A DNA stretch of 64,000 nt from Bacillota bacterium (GTDB lineage Bacteria; Bacillota; Clostridia; Acetivibrionales; JAEXSP01). Below are positions 48,039 through 57,300 of the stretch, one piece after another. The notes beneath the pieces are model-generated. The model saw nothing but the letters and a program-made list of their open reading frames with translations, did not search any database and was not told the DNA's origin. A program made the translations under genes and the position numbers. The stretch lies in contig JAEXSP010000010.1 in NCBI GenBank assembly GCA_023453795.1, forward strand, positions 1 to 64,000, given 5' to 3'. The number at the start of each line of letters is the position of its first letter. Position 1 is the stretch's first letter.

Positions 48039-49493
48039 TTAACCCACCGAGTACTCTTTCAGGAGTCTCTCCTTCATATCCCATAAAGGCTTGGATAAAT
48101 CAACATAATACTTGTGCGGGTTTTCAAACCTTAATACCTCATCCCACAGCCCTTCGACCTGTTCCTCGCAATAGCTTTTTATATCGTCCAGCTTCGGGCT
48201 CTCATATACGCAGGTTCCTTTGTTAAAAAGCTTTGTCAAAAGCTTTGCTGCACGGAAGTTTGTCACAGTCTTACGTTTCCAAGTATATTCCGGGTCAAAT
48301 AATTCATAAGGCATATTTTCATCAATAACCTCATCATCTGTAGTCAGAACATCTGCAATCGCCTTTCCGGTATTCTTGTCAAAAAGCCTCCAGACCTGTT
48401 TAAATCCAGGATTTGTTATCTTTCCGACATTCTCGCTGAGCTTAATTTTGGGTATAATCCTTCCATCTTCCTCGATAGCGGAGAGCTTATAAACCCCACC
48501 AAAAACAGGCTCAGACTTAGAGGTTATAAGCCGTTCACCGACACCAAACAAATCGACTTTAGCGCCTTGGATCAGTATATCCCGTATTATGTACTCATCC
48601 AGAGAATTGGATGCGACGATCTTACAGTCCGGAAAACCTGCATCATCAAGCATCTTTCGTGCTTCTTTTGAAAGGTATGTGATATCCCCTGAATCAATTC
48701 TTATGCCTTTAGGCCTGAATCCCCTTGGTACAACTACTTCATTAAATATTTTGATTGCATTGGGCACTCCTGATTTTAAAACACTATAGGTATCTACCAA
48801 GAAGGTACAGGTATCCGGATATACTTCTGCATAAGCTCTGAAAGCCTCAAGCTCAGACGGGAACATCTGTATCCAGCTGTGAGCCATTGTTCCTATCGCA
48901 GGCATTCCATAGTCTCTTTCAGCTATTGTACAAGCAGTACCGACACATCCTCCGATGTAAGCTGCACGAGCACCGTATATGGCACCGTCGTACCCCTGTG
49001 CTCTGCGGGAACCGAATTCCATTACAGCTCTTCCCTGTGCTGCACGAACAATCCTATTTGCTTTGGTTGCAATAAGGCTTTGGTGGTTAACCGTCAGCAA
49101 AACCATTGTCTCAATAAACTGAGCTTGTATAACGGGGCCCCGAACTGTAACGACAGGTTCATTCGGAAATATCGGAGTTCCTTCAGGGACAGCCCAGACA
49201 TCGCAGCTGAACTTAAAATCCTTAAGGTACTCAAGAAATTTTTCGGAAAAAATCCCCTTGTTCCTGAGATACTCTATGTCAGCATCTTCAAACTTCAATG
49301 TTTTCAAATAGTCTATCAATTGTTCAACGCCGGCCATTATTGCAAATCCGCCGTTATCAGGCACTTTTCTGAAAAACATATCGAAATAGGCCGTCTTGTC
49401 TTTCAATCCGTTTTCGAAATATCCGTTCGCCATTGTTATTTCATAGAAATCCGTAAGCATTGTTAAATTAATTTTATTCATATAAATGACCAC
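48039..49493 (-). CDS. pncB: Nicotinate phosphoribosyltransferase
   Basis: 484 aa. N-terminal LTDFYEITMANGYF and central regions match NAPRTase. Adjacent to the nicotinamidase gene. Confidence 0.85.
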   Translation of the reverse strand: MVIYMNKINLTMLTDFYEITMANGYFENGLKDKTAYFDMFFRKVPDNGGFAIMAGVEQLIDYLKTLKFEDADIEYLRNKGIFSEKFLEYLKDFKFSCDVWAVPEGTPIFPNEPVVTVRGPVIQAQFIETMVLLTVNHQSLIATKANRIVRAAQGRAVMEFGSRRAQGYDGAIYGARAAYIGGCVGTACTIAERDYGMPAIGTMAHSWIQMFPSELEAFRAYAEVYPDTCTFLVDTYSVLKSGVPNAIKIFNEVVVPRGFRPKGIRIDSGDITYLSKEARKMLDDAGFPDCKIVASNSLDEYIIRDILIQGAKVDLFGVGERLITSKSEPVFGGVYKLSAIEEDGRIIPKIKLSENVGKITNPGFKQVWRLFDKNTGKAIADVLTTDDEVIDENMPYELFDPEYTWKRKTVTNFRAAKLLTKLFNKGTCVYESPKLDDIKSYCEEQVEGLWDEVLRFENPHKYYVDLSKPLWDMKERLLKEYSVG

Positions 49494-49531
49494 CTTTAAT
49501 TAGTTTTGACAGAGCAAATATGTGAATTGCC

Positions 49532-50206
49532 CTACAGTATAATGTCTTTTACTATTTCAATACCGTTTCCCCTCATTATATAAAGAGCCATTAGATTCAT
49601 AAGATCTGCGTCATGTGTTCCCAAGTCATAAGTATCTACCAGGCTTATTGGTACTATTACCCTTGATTTCTTATTACGGGTATTGAAAAAGGCCTTTATT
49701 GTATTGGCAAATTGTTCAACGCATATGTCTGTACAATCACCCGCAAGAATAAACGTATCTATTTTCGGGTTTTTCACCAGCCAATCCTGAAATTGCTCCT
49801 CGATAAATCCGTTAGTTGAATTTTTCTCTATCAACTGATACCCTCCGGCTTCCTTGAGCTCATTAACTATTTCGCTTTCACTGGTATCCTTCAAACAATG
49901 TGGAGGGTAGGATCCAAATTCCGGAGAGTAGCTTTTATGGCAGTCTGCAAAAGCTATCTTGATTATACCGTGCTCACCGCATGCCTTGGATATTTTAACT
50001 ATCTCAGGTATCAGAGCCTCTACTCTAGGGCTTTTCAGTGCACCTTCCCTTGCAAAGCCGTTTACCATGTCAACTATGACAAAAGCAGTGTTTTCAGCTT
50101 TTAAGTCTTTTAGCCCCACAATTTCTGCGTTAGTGAAAATATCATAAATCTCTGCGATAGCGTCCTTACTTTTTTCTAAGAAATCCCTCTTGTCAAGCAT
50201 CTTCAT
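49532..50206 (-). CDS. pncA: Isochorismatase-family cysteine hydrolase, nicotinamidase-like
   Basis: Isochorismatase fold (AFVIVDMVNGF...; catalytic Cys in DTFILAGDCTDICVEQFA). Start reassigned to MKMLDK, which has RBS AAGGGTG. Confidence 0.7.
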   Translation of the reverse strand: MKMLDKRDFLEKSKDAIAEIYDIFTNAEIVGLKDLKAENTAFVIVDMVNGFAREGALKSPRVEALIPEIVKISKACGEHGIIKIAFADCHKSYSPEFGSYPPHCLKDTSESEIVNELKEAGGYQLIEKNSTNGFIEEQFQDWLVKNPKIDTFILAGDCTDICVEQFANTIKAFFNTRNKKSRVIVPISLVDTYDLGTHDADLMNLMALYIMRGNGIEIVKDIIL

Positions 50207-50250
50207 ATAAAACACCCTTTCCATATACATTATTCAGCCAAATGGGAAAT

Positions 50251-51168
50251 CTAATCTTCATAAGCTCCTTTTGTCCAGTTCGGGTTAAATTTAAACAGCT
50301 TCGACGGCCTATGACCGGCATCCTTTGTATATTCGTTCGTCTCAGTGACCATGTCTGCAATCTTCCTTCTGAAATTAGCCTTAAGCAGCTCCTTATCCAA
50401 AATAATTTCATATACCTGCTGGAGCTCAGTCAAAGCAAACAGTTCCGGCATAAGGTTAAAGGCTATATCTGTATACTCAATCTTGCTCCTCAGCCTTTCT
50501 ATTCCATACTCTATAATCTTGGCATGGTCAAAGGCTATTCCGTCCGATTTAATTATTTCCCTCTCTATTTTTGTCACTTTTCCTGATACGGTTTTGGTGA
50601 TTCTTATTGTAGCCGACAATTTCTCCTCATCGTTTGAAAGCTCCAATCTGAGAAGCTGCTGAAGTACATAGCCTCTTTCCAGGACTGTTTTATGTTCTTG
50701 GAAAAGCTTGCACCTTACCGTAAACCATTTAGCATCATCCGCATCATCGCTTGCCTTAATATCAAGATTCGATCCGTCAACCAGAGACATATAGGCACAG
50801 CTTATAACTCTTGTCCTCGGGTCTCTTCCAACATCCCCCCATGTATACAGCTGTTCCATATAGATATTGTCTATGTTTGTTTCTTCTTTCAATTCCCTCA
50901 TTGCAGCAGCATCCATGCTTTCGTCCATATGGACGAATCCTCCCGGTAATGCCCACTGTCCCATGAACGGATGATCCCCTCTTTTTATCATCAGCAGCCT
51001 CATCACCTTCTCAGGCAGCTTACGATAATTCTTTTTTTCCTTGTCTGTAACAGTAAATATCAGCATATCTACCGTAACTGAGGGTCTTTGGAATTTTCCC
51101 GGGTCATATGCGGCAAGAAATTCTTTCTCAGTTAATCCCTGTTTGTTTTTAAGTTCCAATTTATCCAT
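50251..51168 (-). CDS. Nudix-domain protein with C-terminal winged-helix domain: NrtR-family NAD-metabolism regulator / ADP-ribose pyrophosphatase-like
   Basis: Near-canonical Nudix box GGFVHMDESMDAAAMRELKEETNI. The ~130-aa C-terminal domain (ELFALTELQQVYEIILDKELLKANFRRKI) resembles the NrtR DNA-binding wHTH. It heads the pncA-pncB operon, as NrtR genes typically do. RBS GGAGG is present. Confidence 0.6.
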   Translation of the reverse strand: MDKLELKNKQGLTEKEFLAAYDPGKFQRPSVTVDMLIFTVTDKEKKNYRKLPEKVMRLLMIKRGDHPFMGQWALPGGFVHMDESMDAAAMRELKEETNIDNIYMEQLYTWGDVGRDPRTRVISCAYMSLVDGSNLDIKASDDADDAKWFTVRCKLFQEHKTVLERGYVLQQLLRLELSNDEEKLSATIRITKTVSGKVTKIEREIIKSDGIAFDHAKIIEYGIERLRSKIEYTDIAFNLMPELFALTELQQVYEIILDKELLKANFRRKIADMVTETNEYTKDAGHRPSKLFKFNPNWTKGAYED

Positions 51169-51281
51169 GTGAACCCTCCTTATTCATAGTGTTATTATTT
51201 ATCTGTTAATATCATTATATGACTAATAATTAATATTGTCAATAAATTAAATAAACTTTGAAATTTAGGCATTTAATAACT

Positions 51282-51353
51282 AAATGGTGACTACTAATGA
51301 ATCTCATATAATGAATTACACCAGTAGTCACCATTTATCAATATATTTGTCAA
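51282..51353 (-). promoter_or_regulatory. Promoter/operator module 1: perfect 14-bp inverted repeat AAATGGTGACTACT-N27-AGTAGTCACCATTT overlapping a TGTAAT -10 element, with TTGATA/TTGACA -35 candidates
   Basis: Seen directly in the sequence. It sits in the 355-bp gap upstream of the NrtR-like/pncA/pncB/ARH operon. About 50 bp of it is closely similar to module 2 at 57823-57876. Confidence 0.5.
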
Positions 51354-51523
51354 TATAAAAGTTCCAAATTATAATATTGCGAAAAAGTCAGCAAAGAATT
51401 ATCAGAATTATACAGGCTTGCAACCACCCAGAAAGGAGTACCGTCATTCCAATGCTTTGGTGTTACAACAATAGAGGAATTTGCCAAAGAGTTCACTACT
51501 ATAGAAGAATCCATTTTTACTCC

Positions 51524-51907
51524 CTATTTATCTTTTTCATCCAAAATTCTTCTAAGCTGATCTATTTGTTCCTTTGACATTTTCTTGTTTCCGATGAAGT
51601 TAGCTATTGCTGCGTTGATTTCACCGCCAAACACCTTATCAAGGAAGGATTGGCTCTCTTCTTTAACACACTCTTCTTCCGTAACCAACGGAAAATAAAT
51701 ATAAGCCCTGTCCTCTTCTTTAAAGCCAATAGCCTTTTTCTTGACCAGTCGGCTTATCATCGACTTAATTGTTTTAGGCTTCCACTTCGTACTTCCGGAA
51801 AGTTCATCTATTATCTTGCTGGCAGAGCATGGGGCTTGCGCCCATATAACTTTCATTACAGTCCATTCTGTCTCAGCAATCTTTGGTATTTCTTTCATCG
51901 TATCCAC
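51524..51907 (-). CDS. BlaI/MecI/CopY-family transcriptional repressor
   Basis: Winged-helix N-terminus (ETEWTVMKVIWAQAPCSASKIIDEL...KPKTIKSMISRLVKKKAI) plus a C-terminal dimerisation helix. 127 aa. Lies downstream of the BlaR1-like gene. Confidence 0.8.
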   Translation of the reverse strand: MDTMKEIPKIAETEWTVMKVIWAQAPCSASKIIDELSGSTKWKPKTIKSMISRLVKKKAIGFKEEDRAYIYFPLVTEEECVKEESQSFLDKVFGGEINAAIANFIGNKKMSKEQIDQLRRILDEKDK

Positions 51908-52002
51908 CGCCTTGAATACAGATTACATAGGTAATCAAATTATGCTTTTATATTAAGCTAACAGCTGTTTTTTGTCAAGGCAGAGTTGAACCTATCAATG
52001 CT

Positions 52003-54219
52003 TTAATCAGGTTTTTCGTAGATATAGTATCCCAATAAATTCATATTCTCATCAAATAACAGTAACGCCGCATATTTTTGTGCAAAAGTAATGTTTGAGA
52101 TAGAATTATCATCATAATCCATGACTCCAATGCGTCCCTGCTTTACATCTGAAACAAAAAAGGGTATATCATAGTCGGACATCTCATCTGAACAAATGGT
52201 GGATAACTTTGCCGGATTGCCCATACCAGCAGGTAAATCGCTTGTTTCTATACAAAATGCCCAATTACCATCCCCTACTTTTTCTACTGTTATTCCGCTT
52301 GCAATCTTTAGTCGTATTATTGAAGCAGCAGAATCCGTGTATCCCTTAAGTCCAAGATAATATTTTGCAGAAGTCCGTATAGATGTTTTATTCAATCGAG
52401 CAAGATTTATATCAATCCAAAACGGTGACCCATCTTCCCAATGCTTTGGTATAACTGACATTTGCAGCCGATACTTTCCTTTCCCTTTTGTAATATCCCA
52501 TGACGAAATAGCGTCACCATCCCTGGAGGTAGATCCTTCACGTCTTCCGATATTTGAAAAAAACATGAGTTCTCCAAAATCTTCAGATACAAGGTTATAT
52601 TCAATTTCAACCGTTATTTTTGTTTCAACGCCTTCCTGCAAATTTTTGTCCGGCGATATTTTGGTTATTATGATACAATCTTTGTTTTCTTTAATACCGG
52701 AAATTGGATCCTCCATTCTTTCACAAGTTTCTTGATTCCATCCTCCCGCAGGTATCAATTCACTCATTTGGGGAGAAGCTGTTTTCGTAATTTTGCTGGA
52801 TTTCCCATCCGTAAGTGTATCGCTGCCTTGAAGCAAGTGCTTTGAAGCATCTTCGGATGGAACTTTTAATATCGAATTTTTATCCGATTGAGGCCCCTTT
52901 TTGTTCATTTGATTTGATGCTTTTGTTTGCTCCTTGTCTTGTACGTCAATAGAAGTGCCACTTACAGATTTAGTTTGTATAACAGTTGAATTAGTGTTGT
53001 TTTCTATTTTATTACTATTTTGGTTCTGTTCGGTTTTAGAGTTTTCCTTTTTGTCGGCTGAAGTAAGGGCAGAAATATCACTTGATTTCTTAAACCTGCT
53101 TGATGTGTTTTGCGGTAAGCTGCTCGCATTTACAAATATGCTGCCTCCTAATATGACAAGTATCACTATTGATCGTATGGATACTTTTGTATTCTTTGCA
53201 TGAAAGAGTGAAATCGCAGAGATTCTGTCTTTGATTTGAGATCTGTTTTCCAATATCCCCGCAGTGCCAGCAAAGTTCAATTTGCCCGATATAATCTCTA
53301 CCATATCAAGGATTGTATATCCATACTTTTTCGCTTCAGCACTTTCAAGGTGCATCAGTACGGTTTCATCACATGCCAGCTCACGGTCGATACGCATCCT
53401 ATGAAAGGCAATCCAAATAACAGGATTAAACCAATAGACAATTTGCAGCACTAACGCAATCCAATTGACAACGATGTCCTTTCTCTTAAGATGCCCTAGT
53501 TCATGCAGAAGGACATACCTCAGACTTTCATGCTCCATGTTTTTCAATACCTTTTCAGGCAGAAGCAGCCAAGGGCGTGTAACTCCAAATATGGCAGGTA
53601 TCATGACTCCGGAAGTCTGAATAATGGAGACATTCGTCCGTATGCCAAGTGTATTCTTGCTTTCTTCGAGAAGCTTGATTATTCTTTGGTCCGTAAATAT
53701 GCTTCCGTTCTTGACCTTGGTCCAAAAGAATATGCTATAAAGGAAGTAATAGACGCTTAAGAAGAGAATTCCCGAAAGCCACACGAAGAATGCCGTTTTG
53801 GAACTGACTTTGATTGTGCTTATTGAATGTAATAGTTTTTTTACTGAATCAATTGGCAACAAGCTTTTCTTAGCGGTTTTTCCGGCCTGTTGGTTGGAAT
53901 ATCCGATTCCAGAAGCGTTATCATTCGTTTTAGAATGCAAATCAGATGTGCTTGCTGACATAGGTGCATCTTTAGTGGTGATTCCTTGATTTGCCGGAGA
54001 AGTGATATCCGCAGTTTTGTAAATACCAGAGATGTTAAATGGGCTATAAACTGCATAAGGAACGGCCAGCCTTAATATCAGTACAAACCATATCACATAA
54101 TGCCACCGAGCGCTCATCCTATGCCTTAAAACTGTTTTTATAATAAAGATAATTAATACAAGCAAGCTTGCAATTATGGAAGCGCTTGATAAGAGGTTTA
54201 CAATAAGGGAGAAATCCAT
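52003..54219 (-). CDS. BlaR1/MecR1-like M56 peptidase signal transducer with a non-canonical ~400-aa C-terminal extracytoplasmic domain
   Basis: 4-TM N-terminal region with the M56 zinc motif HELGHLKRKD and FAKNTKVSIRSIVILV. The C-terminus has a S/T/N/K-rich linker, then a ~300-aa domain unrelated to the penicillin-binding transpeptidase fold. Confidence 0.75.
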   Translation of the reverse strand: MDFSLIVNLLSSASIIASLLVLIIFIIKTVLRHRMSARWHYVIWFVLILRLAVPYAVYSPFNISGIYKTADITSPANQGITTKDAPMSASTSDLHSKTNDNASGIGYSNQQAGKTAKKSLLPIDSVKKLLHSISTIKVSSKTAFFVWLSGILFLSVYYFLYSIFFWTKVKNGSIFTDQRIIKLLEESKNTLGIRTNVSIIQTSGVMIPAIFGVTRPWLLLPEKVLKNMEHESLRYVLLHELGHLKRKDIVVNWIALVLQIVYWFNPVIWIAFHRMRIDRELACDETVLMHLESAEAKKYGYTILDMVEIISGKLNFAGTAGILENRSQIKDRISAISLFHAKNTKVSIRSIVILVILGGSIFVNASSLPQNTSSRFKKSSDISALTSADKKENSKTEQNQNSNKIENNTNSTVIQTKSVSGTSIDVQDKEQTKASNQMNKKGPQSDKNSILKVPSEDASKHLLQGSDTLTDGKSSKITKTASPQMSELIPAGGWNQETCERMEDPISGIKENKDCIIITKISPDKNLQEGVETKITVEIEYNLVSEDFGELMFFSNIGRREGSTSRDGDAISSWDITKGKGKYRLQMSVIPKHWEDGSPFWIDINLARLNKTSIRTSAKYYLGLKGYTDSAASIIRLKIASGITVEKVGDGNWAFCIETSDLPAGMGNPAKLSTICSDEMSDYDIPFFVSDVKQGRIGVMDYDDNSISNITFAQKYAALLLFDENMNLLGYYIYEKPD

Positions 54220-54270
54220 TTTTACTCCTCATTTGACTTGTTCATTAAGTAATATTCAAGTATAAGATTG

Positions 54271-54284
54271 ATTACCTAAGTAAT
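54271..54284. promoter_or_regulatory. BlaI-family operator candidate ATTAC-N4-GTAAT upstream of the BlaR1-like gene
   Basis: ATTACCTAAGTAAT has the same arm/spacing layout as the Bacillus bla operator core ATTACATATGTAA (TACA/TGTA dyad). Confidence 0.4.
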
Positions 54285-54343
54285 CCTTATTATACATTAT
54301 TCTGAAAGTCAGTTTTTGTCAAGTCCCTGTATAGTGCAAAGAC

Positions 54344-54372
54344 ACAAAAAGCCTCAATAATTGAGGCTTTTA
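54344..54372 (-). terminator. Rho-independent terminator of the surface-protein gene (AAGCCTCAAT-tat-TGAGGCTT followed by TTTTGTGTCTTT)
   Basis: 9-bp stem plus U-run on the minus strand. A-run and T-run on both sides could make it bidirectional. Confidence 0.55.
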
Positions 54373-54392
54373 TGTCTTCCCTATATCCTTTA

Positions 54393-57300
54393 CTATTTCA
54401 CACTTACATTCACTTTAATGCTCTTGTCTCCATATACTGCTGTAATCACAGCTGGGCCTGATTTGTCTCCCGGAAGAATGATTCCTTTCTTAACTGATGC
54501 AATATTACTATTACTCGAAGACCAAAGAGTAAGCGGGTTGTTTGTCACATCCTGCTCTGTTCCATCCTCAAAAACTGCTGTAACCTTTATAACCACCTGG
54601 TTTCCTCTATGCTGCAGCTTTATCGTTCCTTTTGCACTGACAACCAATTTTTTAACTCCGGTATCTATCTTGAACTTTGAACTCCTATCACCGAATTTTG
54701 CTGTAATAACAGCCACCCCGGGTTTATCCTGATTCTGAACGATTCCATCAGAGACTTTTGCAATAGCATCATTGCTGCTATCCCATTTTGTTAAACTATC
54801 ATTTGTAACGTCTTTTACCGTTCCATCTGCAAAAACGGCCTTAAGAACCGGTTTATAACTTTTACCCGGGCTGGATTTTATTTCGCCTTTGCCTTCGAAT
54901 TTTAAAGATTTAAGTCTGGTATCTATATCCAATGTAACCTTTTTCCCCGAAAAGCTTGCTGTCACCTTTGCCTTACCAAATCCCACTGCACTTATTACAC
55001 CATTATCTGCTGTTGCAACTTCCATATTTGAAGTTTCCCATTTTGCATTTTCGATTTTTTCAATAGATCCGTCGCTAAAGATTGCAGAAAGATCTATTTT
55101 TATCTGATCCCCGGGTTTAAGATTCAAGTCTTTTTGAACTTTCGGTATTTGAAGCTTTACGATAGCTTTTGTAATGATTTTGGAAAACAAAGCAGTTATG
55201 TTCTTATTGCCGTCCATTGTGACGGTAATAACAGGTTCATTCCCTGCTGCATCCCCGTTCCATCCCACAAACTTGTACCCGTCATTCGGAACAGCTGTCA
55301 ATGTCACCTTTTCGCCATCAATATATACGGCTTTATCCGAATTTTTTGTTATAGTGCCGTTAACTGCTGTTACATTTAATGCATTTCCTGTTTCTAATGA
55401 TATGTTGATTCCTGTTTTGCTTCCGTCGCTTAGGTCAACAAGCCCTGCTTGTCCATAATTCGTTGTCCCACCCTGCTGGGTATAGTATGTGGTAATGTAG
55501 CCGCTTGCATAACAAATCATCTTAAAACCCGTAACAGACTCCGGTACCTCCATACTATATATTGCTTGTTTTTGGCCTTCTGGGATAATAACATTTGCAA
55601 CATTGCCCATATCATCTAACCATGTACCCGGTGTACCGTTATCGGAGCTGGATTCTATCCTTACGCTCACTCCGCCCGCTGGCGCTGTTATTCCATCAGG
55701 GAGACTTACGACCCCGCTTATTGTTTTTCCATGGATAAAACTCAAATCTACATTGGTTTTATCACCGCTGTTCAAGTCGATAAGATAGTTACTTCCCTCA
55801 TGGTATGCGCCCCAGCAGTAGCCTTGTGTGCCAAAGTGCAGTGTATAGCCTGAGTTTGATGCAGGCACCATTATTATATATCCAGTTTGATTTTGTCCCT
55901 CCGGTATCATTGCATTAAAACGCAAGCTCAAGTCGTCCTGTCTGTTGTCAGGTGTTCCATTTTCCGAATAGGCATCCAAATCTATTATCAAACCGCCTGC
56001 GGGGGCTGTCTCTCCAGTTGGAAGACTTATGATGCCGCTTATTGTTCTTCCCTTGATTAATGTAACACTTATATTGTCTCTGTTTCCATTACTCATATCT
56101 ACCATCTCTGCAGAGTTTGGATTTGTGCTTCCACCCTGTTGATTATAGTATGTGGTAACATAACTGCTTGTTTTAAAATCTATTTTACATTCTTCTGCAA
56201 TATTGGATTCCGGGACGGATAGTACATACTGACTCATGCTCTGGCCTTCCGGAATCATAACATCTGTTCCGTACCACTTATCATCCTGTTTATTCTCAGG
56301 AGTACCATTATCAAACTGCGCCTCAACAGTCACATGCATTCCACCCGTTGGTGCTACATCCCCATTGGGTAAGCTTACTATTCCTTTGATTGTCTTCATC
56401 GTTGTAAAAGCAATATTAATCTGGTCAGCACTGCCGCTACTGACATTAACCAAAGGGTTTCCCATGTTTGAATAGCTTGCTCCCCCATATAGATCTGTAT
56501 ATGCTGATACATAATATCCAACGCTTGTATCCGGAACAGTCATTGAATAAGTTGCCTGGCTTCTTCCTTCAGGTATGTATACTCCTGTATATGCCTGCAA
56601 ATCATCTGAACGATCATTTGGAGTGGCATTATCACAATATGCATTGACCGAAATACTCAATCCCCCAGCAGGTGCTGACTTACCTTCCGGAAGGCTAACT
56701 GTACCACTTATGATCTTTCCACGTGAAACTGTTATGTTAATATTTGTTTGATCTCCATCTCTAACGTCAATGAGGCTACTGCCATTTGCCGAGTAACGTC
56801 CCGAACAATAACCCTGCGGGTGATAATCCAGGGTATACAACGAATTCGCACCAGGAACTGCTATCGAATATCCTATTTGACTCTGTCCTTCAGGTACTAC
56901 AACATACGCATGTGCATGTAAGTCATCCTGCCAGTCATTTGGAGTCCCATTATCCGAATCAGCATTTAAATCTATTCCAACTCCCCCAGAAGGCGCAGTT
57001 TCCCCTGCAGGAAGGCTTACCACCCCACTAATTGCTTTGCCCTTAATAAGAGTTGTATTGATGCCGTCCCTGTCTCCAGCACTTAAGTCTATTATTTCAG
57101 CTGTACTAAATTCTTGGGTTCCTCCATGTTGTGTGTAGTAAGTAGGTATATAACCTTCTCCTCTAAATTCTACTATGCACCCTCCCTTTTCTGCCAAATA
57201 AGGGATTCTCAAGGTATATGACGTTTGACTTTGATTTTCAGGGATAACTATGCGAGTTCCATACCATATATCATCCTGACGGTTATCCGGCGTACCATTA

